DNA from: Chitinophagaceae bacterium
GTDB lineage: Bacteria; Bacteroidota; Bacteroidia; Chitinophagales; Chitinophagaceae
Reading direction: 5' to 3'
NCBI GenBank assembly: GCA_023957125.1
Contig: JAMLHL010000005.1
Span: 61 to 64,060 of the forward strand
Length of the DNA stretch: 64,000 nucleotides
Shown here: positions 35,566-46,201 of the stretch, in pieces
Layout of the letters: every line of letters starts with the position of its first letter
Numbering within the stretch: the stretch's first letter is position 1
Notes under the pieces: model-generated
What the model was told of the DNA's origin: nothing
Database searches by the model: none
Seen by the model: only the letters and a program-made list of their open reading frames with translations
Translations under genes and position numbers: made by a program

Positions 35566-36908
35566 CATCTGAGTACCATCTGGCGGTCTTTATCCAGTCT
35601 TAACAAGATGAACACCATAACGCTGAAGGTTACCAGGGATAACCCGCCATAGCTTACGAACGGAAGGGGGATCCCGATGACCGGCGCCAGGCCTACTGTC
35701 ATAAATAGATTAATGGCTATATGGAAGAAAAATACAGAAGCAACCCCATAGGCATAACATCGGCTGAAGGCGCTTCGCTGCCTTTCGGCAACGGTAACGA
35801 TCCGGAATAAAAAGATGGCGTAAATGGAGAGGAAAACAACGCTGCCTATGAAGCCGAAAGCTTCTCCAATGGTGCAGAAAATGAAGTCTGTTCTTTGTTC
35901 GGGCACGAAATCGTAACGGGTTTGGGTACCCTTTAAAAGTCCTTTACCCAATAGTCCACCACTTCCAATGGCAATTTTACTTTGTTTTACATTATAATTC
36001 CCGGCATCTTTTTTTCGCGCGGCGTCCTTTTCAATGTCAGCAATGGCTTCCGCATTTTTGGGAACATAGTCTTTACCAATGGTATCGTAGATACGCTTCA
36101 CCTGGTAAGGCTGTAGCACGTGGTCAAAAATAAAAGGTACGGCAAAACGCTGAATACCTACACAGACACCCCAGATAGCGATGATCCAGAATAAAACGGA
36201 TTTATGCCGCCTGATGGGTCTGCGCATCAGGTAGATCGTAAGAAGGGCGATACCTGTTAAAATAATTGCCAGCAAATTGGGTTCCAGTAACAGGGTGGCT
36301 ACCACCAGCGCGGCAAAAGAAAATCCTACAATCAAAACTATGGCCGGCAGTCCTTCGCGAAACATCACCAAAAAAAATGAAAAATAAACCAGCGCCAACC
36401 CCGTTTCCTTCTGAAATATGGCCAATAGCGCAGGCGCCATCACAATGGAAGCCGCTATCAGTTGGGAACGCAGTTTTGTAAAATCGGTTTCCACCCGGGA
36501 AATATATTTGGCCAGCGCCAGGTTGGTAAATACAATACACAACTGAATCGGCTGCAACTGGAAAGCATCTCCAAATTTAATAATGGATTCGGTTCCTTTA
36601 ATATTGGAGTGAAACGGGAACACCATCAACAGGAGGATGATCCCCAGGGTGTACCATAAATTAGCCGTTGCGGTAAAAAATTTACTGTCGGTAAGCATAA
36701 TGATAATGCCCAGCAGGAGAGAAAAAACAAAGAACATGGATTGTTTTCCGTAATCTGTTCGGGAAGAAAGAAAGCCGTCTATTATGCTGTCGCCTTCTAT
36801 ATAAGTAGCCGCAAAAATGCTGATAATGCCTATAACGCACAATAAAATATACAGCCATAGCAGCAGGCTGTCCATTTTCCTTACAAATCCGGTATTACGG
36901 TTTTCCAT
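35565..36908 (-). CDS. rodA: rod shape-determining protein RodA (SEDS/FtsW family)
   Basis: 447 aa polytopic membrane protein. C-terminal motif GIPLPFVSYGG. It follows mrdA. Confidence 0.9.
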   Translation of the reverse strand: MENRNTGFVRKMDSLLLWLYILLCVIGIISIFAATYIEGDSIIDGFLSSRTDYGKQSMFFVFSLLLGIIIMLTDSKFFTATANLWYTLGIILLLMVFPFHSNIKGTESIIKFGDAFQLQPIQLCIVFTNLALAKYISRVETDFTKLRSQLIAASIVMAPALLAIFQKETGLALVYFSFFLVMFREGLPAIVLIVGFSFAALVVATLLLEPNLLAIILTGIALLTIYLMRRPIRRHKSVLFWIIAIWGVCVGIQRFAVPFIFDHVLQPYQVKRIYDTIGKDYVPKNAEAIADIEKDAARKKDAGNYNVKQSKIAIGSGGLLGKGLLKGTQTRYDFVPEQRTDFIFCTIGEAFGFIGSVVFLSIYAIFLFRIVTVAERQRSAFSRCYAYGVASVFFFHIAINLFMTVGLAPVIGIPLPFVSYGGLSLVTFSVMVFILLRLDKDRQMVLR

Positions 36909-39022
36909 CAGAGTACTTTATTTTTCGTTAGCGGATACTCATTTATATACAACGCTTTCTCTTTAAGGTTCGCGGCATTTTTTACGGTCATATTTCTTTT
37001 GTGTGCGGCTGCTTTATCTTTCAGAACAGGCTCGGAAAGCTTATTCTGATGAGAATATCCGCGCAGGTATTTTTTGATATAGCTGCTGTCTTTTCTCAGG
37101 TTGAAATAAAAATAGGCTCTCGTTGAGTCTGCGATAAATTGTTTTCTCTTAAGATAAGAAGGCATCAGATTGGTATTAGCAATCCGTTCCACATCTTTCA
37201 TCCGTTCCGTTCTTATAGAGTCGGTCAGGTATTTTTCAATCAGGAATGACGCTATCGGTGCAGCCCATGTAGAGCCAAACCCCGCATTTTCCACGGCCAC
37301 CGCGATGGCAATTTTAGGATTTTCCCTGGGAGCAAAGCAAACAAACATGGAGTTGTTAGGAAGTTTGATCCGTTTGCCGTCGAGCCGGGTATATTTTTCG
37401 GCGGTCCCCGTTTTCGCGCAAATGCTTATACCGGGGACTTTCGCGCTTCTGGCGGTGCCGCTTTCCACCACGTCCTGCATGCCCGCGTGTATGGCTTCAT
37501 AATCGAGGTCGGATATGTGGGTTAATGCGGCATGTTTTTCCCTGAATTTATTCAGGAGGGTGTCTTTCTCTGTTTCGTTTTCAATGCTTTCCACAAAATG
37601 CGGTATATAATAATAACCCTTGTTGGCGATGATGCACATGGCATTGGCCAGTTGCACCGGCGTTACCTGCATCTTATCCTGCCCGATGCCCAGGGTTACA
37701 TTGGTACAGGAATTCCACGATCCCCGATAGTCTTTATTATATTCGGTAGTATCGGGGATATTGCCCGGCAATTCATTCGGCAGATCAATTCCCAGCCTTT
37801 GCCCCCATCCAAAAGCGTTCATGTAATCTTTCCACCGGGTATATCCTTTTTTTACCGACCGGTCTTTGCCGTTGTCCAAACTCATCCGGTAAATCTGGGA
37901 AAAATAGGAATTGCAGGAATTGGCCAGGGCCAGCCGCATATTGGCGGCATGCCCGGGGTTGTGGTGTTCGCATCTTATCACTTTCGCGCAGCCGTAATAA
38001 GCGCCGCTGCAGGCAAATCCATAATTGGCGGTAATAACGCCCATATCCAGTGCCACTAATCCGCCAAGCGGTTTAAATGTGGAGCCGGGTTCATACAAGC
38101 CCCGGGTAGCGCGGTTCATCAGCGGCGCTGAAACATCCAACACCAGGTTGGCGTATTTTTTCTGACGGGTACTCCCGGTCAGGTCGTTGGGATCAAAAGA
38201 AGGTCCGGAAGCCATTGCAAGAATACCTCCGGTTTGGGGATCGATGGCAACAATGCTGCCCACCTTATTGGTAAGTAGTTTTTCGGCTAATTGCTGCAAC
38301 TCGATATCCAGGTAAGTGTACAGGTTTCGCCCGGTGACGGCGGCGGTGTCGTATTTCCCGTTCTCCCAGGAGCCCTGCAAACGATTCCTGTTATCTTTGA
38401 TCAGGTTCTGGATGCCTCTTTTTCCCATCAGAACGCTTTCATAATATTGCTCTAACCCCGATCTGCCTACAAAGTCGCCGATCTGGTAAAAATTATTACT
38501 TTTCCTGATAATGGCGGTATCCACTTCCCCGATATCCCCAAGAAAATGTGCTCCTGCATTGTATAAATAATTTCGTATCGGGCGTTCCACCAGTGTAAAC
38601 CCGGGAAATCGCCAGATGTTTTCTTCCAGTTTTGCCTGAACATCAACGGGCAGCAGTCCTGCAAATACGGAAGGACGGTAACGTCCGTTTCTGATAATAG
38701 CGGTGATGATCCTTTCCCTGAACTCGGCGGAATCTATACTCAGGAGATGACATAAAAATGAGGTATCCACTTTTTTCACTTCATAGGGCGTAACGGTCAG
38801 GTCGTAGATGATGGTGTTATTTAAAACAGCCTTATGGTTCCTGTCGAAGATGATACCCCTGTCGGGATACACCACTTTTCTATACACGGCATTGTTCAGC
38901 GCCAGCATCTTGTATTTGTCCGAAGCAACCTGCAGTATAAACAGGCGCACAACAATGATCAAGAATGCTGCCCCAAATATGAGCTGTATTACCGTTTGTC
39001 GTGATTGATTGAAAGCAGGCAT
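36908..39022 (-). CDS. mrdA: penicillin-binding protein 2 (elongasome transpeptidase)
   Basis: 704 aa with the motifs STFK (GSTFKP), SCN and KTGT. Confidence 0.9.
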   Translation of the reverse strand: MPAFNQSRQTVIQLIFGAAFLIIVVRLFILQVASDKYKMLALNNAVYRKVVYPDRGIIFDRNHKAVLNNTIIYDLTVTPYEVKKVDTSFLCHLLSIDSAEFRERIITAIIRNGRYRPSVFAGLLPVDVQAKLEENIWRFPGFTLVERPIRNYLYNAGAHFLGDIGEVDTAIIRKSNNFYQIGDFVGRSGLEQYYESVLMGKRGIQNLIKDNRNRLQGSWENGKYDTAAVTGRNLYTYLDIELQQLAEKLLTNKVGSIVAIDPQTGGILAMASGPSFDPNDLTGSTRQKKYANLVLDVSAPLMNRATRGLYEPGSTFKPLGGLVALDMGVITANYGFACSGAYYGCAKVIRCEHHNPGHAANMRLALANSCNSYFSQIYRMSLDNGKDRSVKKGYTRWKDYMNAFGWGQRLGIDLPNELPGNIPDTTEYNKDYRGSWNSCTNVTLGIGQDKMQVTPVQLANAMCIIANKGYYYIPHFVESIENETEKDTLLNKFREKHAALTHISDLDYEAIHAGMQDVVESGTARSAKVPGISICAKTGTAEKYTRLDGKRIKLPNNSMFVCFAPRENPKIAIAVAVENAGFGSTWAAPIASFLIEKYLTDSIRTERMKDVERIANTNLMPSYLKRKQFIADSTRAYFYFNLRKDSSYIKKYLRGYSHQNKLSEPVLKDKAAAHKRNMTVKNAANLKEKALYINEYPLTKNKVL

Positions 39023-39031
39023 ACTAACCTC

Positions 39032-39562
39032 CTATATATTGGTCCTGAACTTTTGTTTTCTGTAAAATAATACGTCCGTGATCATGATCAGCAGGAAGCT
39101 AACGCCTGTGGTGGCTATAACCTTGCCTAAAAAGTACCAAAAATTTGCGAATTGCAGCCATTCCAGGAAAACGAGGTAAACATTGTGGACGAAAGCCAAT
39201 ACCAGCACGTAAACGGAGTAGGACGACCATCCCATGCTGGAGGGCGCGGGATCTACATAATTAAACCCCGCATCTTCTTTCGACAACAGAACATTGATCA
39301 TAAACGGGCGCAGGTAAGCAATTAAGGTGCAGGCAGCCGCATGAAGCCCCGGGGTTTTGGTGAAAAAATCGAAACAAAGCCCGAAGAAGAATCCCACAAT
39401 GGTGAGAGAAAACCGCGGTATCCTGAACGGTAACCACAATATAAAAAGAAAGTACAGGTAAGGAGTGATGAATTGGTGTAACGGGGGTATTTTATTCAGG
39501 ATAAATACCTGGAATAGTATAAATATTATGAAACGGGTGATATTTTTTAACAGATCACTCAT
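39032..39562 (-). CDS. mreD: rod shape-determining protein MreD
   Basis: 176 aa hydrophobic protein between mreC and mrdA. Confidence 0.75.
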   Translation of the reverse strand: MSDLLKNITRFIIFILFQVFILNKIPPLHQFITPYLYFLFILWLPFRIPRFSLTIVGFFFGLCFDFFTKTPGLHAAACTLIAYLRPFMINVLLSKEDAGFNYVDPAPSSMGWSSYSVYVLVLAFVHNVYLVFLEWLQFANFWYFLGKVIATTGVSFLLIMITDVLFYRKQKFRTNI

Positions 39563-39564
39563 TG

Positions 39565-40413
39565 TTATTCCTGTTTGTTCGCTATTTTTTCCAGCGCATC
39601 CTGTTCTTCCTTCTGCAAATTCCTGACTGCATAAACGAACTGAATATTAAAGAAATTAGTGGATGGCTTTACTTTTAATACATAAAAATTACTGCCTCCC
39701 TGCTGTTCCATATTGACAATAGTGCCTATCGGTTGTCCCGGGGGGAAGGTGGAATACCTGCTGGTGACCACAGTGTCGCCGATTTTTGGATGAGCCGACC
39801 GGGGGATATTCCTGAAGGTAAGGACTTGCGGATCCTCCCCATCCCACTCAATGCTGCCGGTTTCTCCCGAATTCAGCAGGCTGGCGCTCACCCTGCTTTG
39901 CCGGTGCAGGATGCTCATAACGATAGCCATATTGGGACTCACGTTTACAATGGTGCCTATAATACCGGTTGGGCTTACCACCGCCATATCTTTGCTCAAT
40001 CCCTGGTTGGAACCTCTGCTGATGGTTAAATAATTGGTTTGCGAGGTAACAGAGTTATTAATAACCTTAGCCGGAAAATAGAGATAGCGGCGATAAATTT
40101 CAAGGGAGTCCACCCGGATAGAATCCAGTACCAGTTCTGTGGCGGTATCCGTTGGAAGGAAATCTTCCTTTAGTTTATTTCGCAGCCGCAGATTTTCCTC
40201 AAGAAGTTGTTCATTGGTTTTCTTCAATTGAAAATAGTATTCAACTGAATTGTATTGTTTGCTTATTTTACCGGTTATTTCGCCTGCAACATCCATGAAT
40301 GCCGCTTCATGAAACTTGTTATAATGAAAAAGCATATACAGGGAAAACACCTGTATTATAATAAAGAAGAGGAAATTAAAATAACGCCTGATAAAAATGA
40401 AAACATTTCGCAC
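39565..40413 (-). CDS. mreC: rod shape-determining protein MreC
   Basis: 282 aa with an N-terminal TM segment, a coiled coil and a beta-barrel domain pattern. It follows mreB. Confidence 0.85.
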   Translation of the reverse strand: MRNVFIFIRRYFNFLFFIIIQVFSLYMLFHYNKFHEAAFMDVAGEITGKISKQYNSVEYYFQLKKTNEQLLEENLRLRNKLKEDFLPTDTATELVLDSIRVDSLEIYRRYLYFPAKVINNSVTSQTNYLTISRGSNQGLSKDMAVVSPTGIIGTIVNVSPNMAIVMSILHRQSRVSASLLNSGETGSIEWDGEDPQVLTFRNIPRSAHPKIGDTVVTSRYSTFPPGQPIGTIVNMEQQGGSNFYVLKVKPSTNFFNIQFVYAVRNLQKEEQDALEKIANKQE

Positions 40414-40496
40414 TTCATGTGTTTTTACGATACTGCCGGATGGACGTTACTGTTACGCGTTTTCACAGCCGGATAAAGAATCCGTAATCCGATTGT

Positions 40497-41522
40497 TTAT
40501 CTCATTACAAAGGGATAACGTTGATAGTTTTTTAACGCTATCCCGGTTCCCCTGACCACGCTTTTTAAAGGATCATCAGCAACATGAACAGGAAGTTTTA
40601 TCTTCTGACTGAGCCGCTTGTCCAACCCGCGTAGGAGCGCTCCTCCCCCGGTAATATAAATTCCCCTGCGGTAAATATCAGAGGCCAATTCGGGAGGGGT
40701 TGTTTCCAGCGCTTTCAGGATCGCTTCTTCAATTTTGAAAATACTTTTATCCAATGCTTCGGCTACTTCCTGATAACTCACCATGATTTGTTTGGGGATC
40801 CCCGTAACCAGGTCGCGCCCGTTGACCGGAAGGTCATCGGGTGGATTGTCCAGGTCTTTTAACGCGGCTCCTATCTGGATCTTGATCTGTTCGGCTGTTC
40901 TTTCCCCGATGAGCAGGCTGTGATAACGGCGCAGCGCTTCCATAATATCGGCGGTAAATTCATCCCCCGCAATACGGATAGACTGGTCGCATACGATCCC
41001 CGCCAGGGCAATTACGGTGATCCCCGTAGTACCCCCTCCGATATCCACGATCATATTACCCACCGGCTCTTCCACGTCTATCCCAATACCCAGGGCCGCG
41101 GCCATAGGCTCATGCAATAAATACACTTCCTTGGCGCCCGCCTGCTCGGAACTGTCTCTCACTGCTCTTTTTTCCACCTCCGTAATACTGGAGGGGATAC
41201 AGATCATCATCCGCCAACTGGGGGGAAACAGCGGTTTTTTGGGATAAATCATTTTGATCAACTCCCGGATCATCAACTCGGCAGCATTGAAATCGGCGAT
41301 CACCCCGTCTTTCAGCGGACGTATCGTACGAATGCTCTCGTGGGTTTTTTCGTGCATCATCAATGCTTTTTTACCCACCGCCAGTACATTTTTGGGATTA
41401 TTCCTGTCTAAAGCTATAATGGAAGGTTCGTTTACTACTATTTCTTCATTATGAATGATTAGCGTATTTGCTGTTCCCAGATCTATAGCAATTTCCTGTG
41501 TAAACCAGTTAAAAAGACCCAT
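40497..41522 (-). CDS. mreB: rod shape-determining protein MreB
   Basis: 341 aa actin-like ATPase (IAIDLGTANT, VDIGGGTT). Confidence 0.95.
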   Translation of the reverse strand: MGLFNWFTQEIAIDLGTANTLIIHNEEIVVNEPSIIALDRNNPKNVLAVGKKALMMHEKTHESIRTIRPLKDGVIADFNAAELMIRELIKMIYPKKPLFPPSWRMMICIPSSITEVEKRAVRDSSEQAGAKEVYLLHEPMAAALGIGIDVEEPVGNMIVDIGGGTTGITVIALAGIVCDQSIRIAGDEFTADIMEALRRYHSLLIGERTAEQIKIQIGAALKDLDNPPDDLPVNGRDLVTGIPKQIMVSYQEVAEALDKSIFKIEEAILKALETTPPELASDIYRRGIYITGGGALLRGLDKRLSQKIKLPVHVADDPLKSVVRGTGIALKNYQRYPFVMR

Positions 41523-41723
41523 AATTGATATTGGAGAAAATTGGTTCTAAAATGATGTTTGCAAAGTTGTCATAAATAATTTGAAATACAACGGCAAAAC
41601 CTTGATTTTTATTGACTTTGAAGGAAATAATTTTTTTTCATATATACTCACCCGGCCCGGGTTGTCTTTTTCCGGGGGTTTGATTTCCCGTGGCACCTGT
41701 TTTTCTGAACAGAAGAAGGCGGA

Positions 41724-43004
41724 TCAGAGAAATTCAAAGCCGATGTCGGAACGGAAATGCATGCCGTCAAATTGAACGGTGTCCAGTATGGCGATGGATT
41801 TCCGGACGGCTTTCTGCAGTGAATCTCCAAAAGAAGTAGCGGCCAGTACCCTTCCTCCGTTAGTAATGGTCTGGTTATCTTCCTGTTTTGTGCCCGCGTG
41901 AAAAACGATGGCATCGTCTTCGTCTATCAGATCCAGCCCTTCAATCGGAAGCCCTTTCTGGTATTCTCCCGGGTAGCCCCCGCTTACGGCCACGATAGTG
42001 GCGGTGTGCCGCGGGTCTGTTTCAATTTGCTGGTTTTGCAACTGTTTTTTCGATGTGGCTTCCAGCAGGTCAACGAGGTCGTTTTTCAAACGGGGCAAAA
42101 CCGCCTCTGTTTCAGGATCGCCCATGCGACAGTTGTATTCTATCACATAGGGATTGTCACCCACCTTTATGAGTCCAAAGAAAATAAATCCGTGGTATTC
42201 TATTTTTTCCTTTTTTATGCCGTTGATGGTGGGTTCGATAATGGTTTGGATCACTTGTTGCATGAAAGTTTCGTCTGCAAAGGGAACGGGGCTGATGGCG
42301 CCCATGCCCCCGGTATTGGGTCCGTTGTCTCCCTCGTTCACGCGTTTGTAATCTTTTGCCTCGGGCAATAAAACATAATTTTCTCCATCGGTTAATACAA
42401 ATACGCTGAGCTCTATCCCCGAAAGGAATTCTTCCACCACCACTTTTTTGCCGGCTTCTCCGAATTTGGCATGTTGGATCATCAATTCAAATTCGGCAAT
42501 AGCTTCCACGTGGTTCTGGCAGATGAGCACTCCTTTTCCGGCTGCCAGGCCATCGGCTTTTAATACAATCGGCGTGGCATGGGATTGCAGATAGTCCACC
42601 CCCTCCTGGTAATTGTCTTCGTCAAATTCCCGGTAGGCAGCAGTGGGAACATGATGGCGTTGCATAAAAGCCTTGGCAAAAGCTTTGCTTCCTTCGAGTT
42701 GCGCGCCTTTTTGAGACGGGCCGATCACCATTATGGATTTGAGTTCCGGATCTTTCCTGAAAAAATTGTAAATACCTTTTACCAGCGGCTCTTCCGGTCC
42801 TATTACCAGCATATCTATGGCATTTTCCAGGCAAAACCGTTTTATCCCTTCAAAATCGGTTGCGTGTATGTTAATATTAGTGCCATACTGGCTGGTACCC
42901 GCATTGCCGGGGGCTATGAACAGCCGGCTACATTTGCTGCTCTGGCTGAGCTTCCATGAAAAAGCGTGTTCGCGTCCGCCTGAGCCCAGGATTAGAATAT
43001 TCAT
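41724..43004 (-). CDS. purD: phosphoribosylamine--glycine ligase
   Basis: 426 aa. MNILILGSGGREHA, ATP-grasp core, GPNTGGMGA. Confidence 0.95.
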   Translation of the reverse strand: MNILILGSGGREHAFSWKLSQSSKCSRLFIAPGNAGTSQYGTNINIHATDFEGIKRFCLENAIDMLVIGPEEPLVKGIYNFFRKDPELKSIMVIGPSQKGAQLEGSKAFAKAFMQRHHVPTAAYREFDEDNYQEGVDYLQSHATPIVLKADGLAAGKGVLICQNHVEAIAEFELMIQHAKFGEAGKKVVVEEFLSGIELSVFVLTDGENYVLLPEAKDYKRVNEGDNGPNTGGMGAISPVPFADETFMQQVIQTIIEPTINGIKKEKIEYHGFIFFGLIKVGDNPYVIEYNCRMGDPETEAVLPRLKNDLVDLLEATSKKQLQNQQIETDPRHTATIVAVSGGYPGEYQKGLPIEGLDLIDEDDAIVFHAGTKQEDNQTITNGGRVLAATSFGDSLQKAVRKSIAILDTVQFDGMHFRSDIGFEFL

Positions 43005-43162
43005 AAAATATGCTTACGGTGATAGAGTTGCGAAAATAGAACGATCAGACCTTAAATCTTCATTTTTTTTAAATCCCCGGCCGATTTGCATCGTTACCTC
43101 TCAAAATATACACTATATTGAGGTGTCAATTCTGTCAACATATGTCAAAATACTGCTACTAA

Positions 43163-44668
43163 ATGAATTCGACTACCGCACAGAAACATTCTAAAGGGTT
43201 ATATGTATTGTTTGCCACCGAAATGTGGGAACGGTTTAATTATTATGGCATGAGGGCTATTTTGGTGCTGTTTATGACCAAGGCCCTCCTTTTTGATAAA
43301 GCTTTTGCTTCAAATCTTTATGGAAGTTATACGAGCCTGGTTTATTTAACACCTCTATTGGGAGGGTATATTGCCGACCGTTTTTGGGGAAACAGGATGT
43401 CTATTATTGCGGGTGGTTTGATCATGGCATGCGGGGAATTCATACTTTTTTTTTGCGGGCAATTTTATGAGAGCTCACCCGGGATATCCTCCTTCCTGTT
43501 TTTCTCGGGATTAGGGTTCATGATAGCGGGAAATGGTTTTTTCAAACCTAATATTTCTTCTCTGGTGGGTCAGCTGTATCCCAAAGGCGATAGAAGAATT
43601 GATGCGGCTTATACTATTTTTTATATGGGTATCAATGTTGGCGGTGCTATCGGACCTTTTATCTGTGGTTTGGTTGGCGATACCGGCAACCCTGCAGATT
43701 TTAAGTGGGCTTTCCTGGTAGCAGGAATTGGAATGCTGATAAGTGTGGCTGTTCAAAAATTATTTCATCACAAATATGTATTGGACCCGGAGGGCAAAAT
43801 ACTTGGTTTGATTCCCCCGGGAGCTCCCAAAATTGCGATAAAACCCTTTATGGTAGTGGGAGGGCTGATATTGATGTCATTCCTGATGATTGGATTGCTT
43901 TACCTGGATGCAAAAGTGGTCAGTTATCTGACCTATTTATTGATAGCGGCCGTGATTTTCATTGCGTTTGTTATTTTTTCGGATAAAACTTTAAATGGTT
44001 TAGACAAGCAACGCATCACCGTTATTTTTATCACTGCGTTTTTTGTTATTTTTTTTTGGAGCGCGTTTGAACAAGCCGGCGCCTCGCTTACGTTTTTTGC
44101 TGAGGAGCAAACGCAAAGAGATGTAGGTTTTTTTGTGATCCCCGCCAGCTTTTTTCAATCGCTTAATTCCATTTTTGTGATTGCCTTTGCACCGTTATTT
44201 GCGTGGTTATGGTTAAGACTTGGTAAAAAAGATCCTGCTTCAACCACCAAAATGGCTTTGGGGCTGGCTCTCCTGGCGCTTGGTTATTTATGGATCGCGT
44301 TTGGTGTTAAAGATGTGCAGCCGGGGATCAAGGTCAGTGTTATCTGGCTAACCGGTATGTACCTGTTGCATACCTGGGGTGAACTTTGTCTTTCACCCAT
44401 AGGATTGTCTTTGGTTAACAAACTTGCTCCTCTGAAGTTTGCTTCGTTATTAATGGCGGTTTGGTTCCTGGCTAATGCAGCAGCCAATAAGCTTGCCGGC
44501 GTTTTAAGCGCACTGTATCCGGAATCCGGAAAAGCCACTTCTTTTTTGGGTTACCAGATGCATGATATGCATGATTTCTTTATGCTTTTTGTTTTTATGG
44601 CAGGCATAGCTTCCCTGTTGCTTTTTGTTCTTACCAAGAAGTTGCAAAACATGATGCGATTAGATTAA
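43163..44668 (+). CDS. proton-dependent oligopeptide transporter (POT/PTR2 family)
   Basis: 501 aa. The ExxERFxYYG motif is present (EMWERFNYYGMRA). Confidence 0.9.
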   Translation: MNSTTAQKHSKGLYVLFATEMWERFNYYGMRAILVLFMTKALLFDKAFASNLYGSYTSLVYLTPLLGGYIADRFWGNRMSIIAGGLIMACGEFILFFCGQFYESSPGISSFLFFSGLGFMIAGNGFFKPNISSLVGQLYPKGDRRIDAAYTIFYMGINVGGAIGPFICGLVGDTGNPADFKWAFLVAGIGMLISVAVQKLFHHKYVLDPEGKILGLIPPGAPKIAIKPFMVVGGLILMSFLMIGLLYLDAKVVSYLTYLLIAAVIFIAFVIFSDKTLNGLDKQRITVIFITAFFVIFFWSAFEQAGASLTFFAEEQTQRDVGFFVIPASFFQSLNSIFVIAFAPLFAWLWLRLGKKDPASTTKMALGLALLALGYLWIAFGVKDVQPGIKVSVIWLTGMYLLHTWGELCLSPIGLSLVNKLAPLKFASLLMAVWFLANAAANKLAGVLSALYPESGKATSFLGYQMHDMHDFFMLFVFMAGIASLLLFVLTKKLQNMMRLD

Positions 44669-44734
44669 TGGGTAAGCCGACAGGTTGTAACCTTCCCGCT
44701 GATACGGGCCTATTTCGGGTTGACTGATATGCAT

Positions 44735-44760
44735 AAAAAACCGGCGTTGAAAAACGCCGG
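44735..44760 (-). terminator. rho-independent terminator (CCGGCGTT-TTTC-AACGCCGG plus T6 on the minus strand)
   Basis: Perfect 8-bp GC-rich stem. The plus-strand A6 run at 44735-44740 is the minus-strand U-tract. It lies downstream of the LTXXQ protein gene. Confidence 0.75.
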
Positions 44761-44788
44761 TGCATGATCGTATGTTATGACGCGTATT

Positions 44789-45424
44789 TTATTTTGATAT
44801 TTTATGCATTCTGCCATATCTGAATCCTTCCATTTTTTTCATTTGTTCGGGAGTAAGGATGGATTTCATGTCTTCATGCTGTTGCTTATAAACGGCAATT
44901 ACCTGTTCTTTTTTCTGCGTATCGGTAAGTTGCTGGTTTTCACGGATGGTTTTCACCTTTTCCCGGGAAGACGTTCTGAGCGCCCTGATTTGAGCGGATT
45001 GGTTTTCCGATAAACCGAGGTCGCTCATTGCCTTGCCTCTCATCCCCGGCCTTCCCTGGTGTTTTTGCCTCATTTGCTGCAACTGCGCTTTTTGTTCCGC
45101 AGTAAACACGTTGTCCGTTTCGGCCCGGCGTTTTGCATTCAGCGCCTGCATTTGTGTTTTGTAATCCTTCACGGTAATAGTGGCTTCTTTCCGTTTAAGA
45201 TCGTTTATACCTGAGCGATAGTCTTTGTTGATCCCGGCCAGTTTGTCCTTCTGTTCTTTTGTAAGGTTCAGGTTTTTGAACCGGTCGTGCTGCACACCCC
45301 GTTTCCCCGGATGTTGACGATAGGTCATGGGGCCTTTATTCATTTCGTTACCGGGTTTTTCCTGAGCATATACCGCCGGAAAGGCTAATGTGAGCGCCAG
45401 TATGGCTAACGTGATTCTTTTCAT
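44789..45424 (-). CDS. periplasmic LTXXQ-motif protein (Spy/CpxP-like)
   Basis: Signal peptide MKRITLAILALTLAFPAVYA and repeated LTKEQK, FTAEQKAQL, LSENQSAQI, LTDTQKK, LTPEQMKKM motifs. The start is taken at the internal Met. Confidence 0.7.
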   Translation of the reverse strand: MKRITLAILALTLAFPAVYAQEKPGNEMNKGPMTYRQHPGKRGVQHDRFKNLNLTKEQKDKLAGINKDYRSGINDLKRKEATITVKDYKTQMQALNAKRRAETDNVFTAEQKAQLQQMRQKHQGRPGMRGKAMSDLGLSENQSAQIRALRTSSREKVKTIRENQQLTDTQKKEQVIAVYKQQHEDMKSILTPEQMKKMEGFRYGRMHKISK

Positions 45425-45680
45425 GTTACAAAATTTTATTGATGATACAGGATAGACCTTCCACTCTTTCCAAAGTTTAATCGGCAAAGGGAGATGGGGT
45501 ATGAAATACCCGCGAGATGCGGGAAACGTGCTGAAACTTTAACCTTGTTTAACGTAAGAAAGATGGATATGCTGAGAAAGGGACGGTTGCATCTCTAACA
45601 TACTTTTTTCAAAACTCATGGGTGGAATTTATCTTTTGACGGATTTTAGTCGTCCTCTGTGCAATTCCGGAGAGTTTTTG

Positions 45681-45688
45681 TAAGTTTG
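45681..45688 (+). promoter_or_regulatory. -7 promoter box TAAGTTTG
   Basis: 23 nt upstream of the ATG at 45712. Confidence 0.45.
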
Positions 45689-45711
45689 AAGGATACTCTA
45701 AACAAAAAATC

Positions 45712-46104
45712 ATGAAAGCAATTCTTTTTATCTTCGGCACTTTTATGGCTTATACCCTGCCCGCATTGGCTTTGAATACACCGTTAACCCCTCCGGCGGG
45801 AATGGAGGGAATATATGAATACAAAGCGGCAGAAGCGCCGTATGAATATCAGAACGGTACCATTGAACTAAAAAGAACAGATAACAAATGGAGTGCTAAA
45901 GTGATGGCGGCCTCGCAGACATTTACCGCCCGGGAAATAAAGGTGGAGAAAAGCCAAATTCAGTTCAAAATATATGTAGAAGGGAATTCGGTGCTTATAA
46001 AACTCCAGCATAAAGAGGATAAACTAAGCGGTACAGCCAGCAGCGACGAGGGCGGGGTGATGAAGATAACGGCCGAAAGAAAAAAAGTAAAAGCAAAAAA
46101 ATAA
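45712..46104 (+). CDS. hypothetical secreted protein (130 aa)
   Basis: N-terminal signal peptide MKAILFIFGTFMAYTLPALA. No family recognised. Confidence 0.55.
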   Translation: MKAILFIFGTFMAYTLPALALNTPLTPPAGMEGIYEYKAAEAPYEYQNGTIELKRTDNKWSAKVMAASQTFTAREIKVEKSQIQFKIYVEGNSVLIKLQHKEDKLSGTASSDEGGVMKITAERKKVKAKK

Positions 46105-46201
46105 TTGAAACCGGCAGGTCCGGTAGCTTCCGGCGGTTCCTGAAGATGGCAGAATACAAACGCGTATCCAAGAGGAGATGCAACTTTAATACAAAAAGTA
46201 G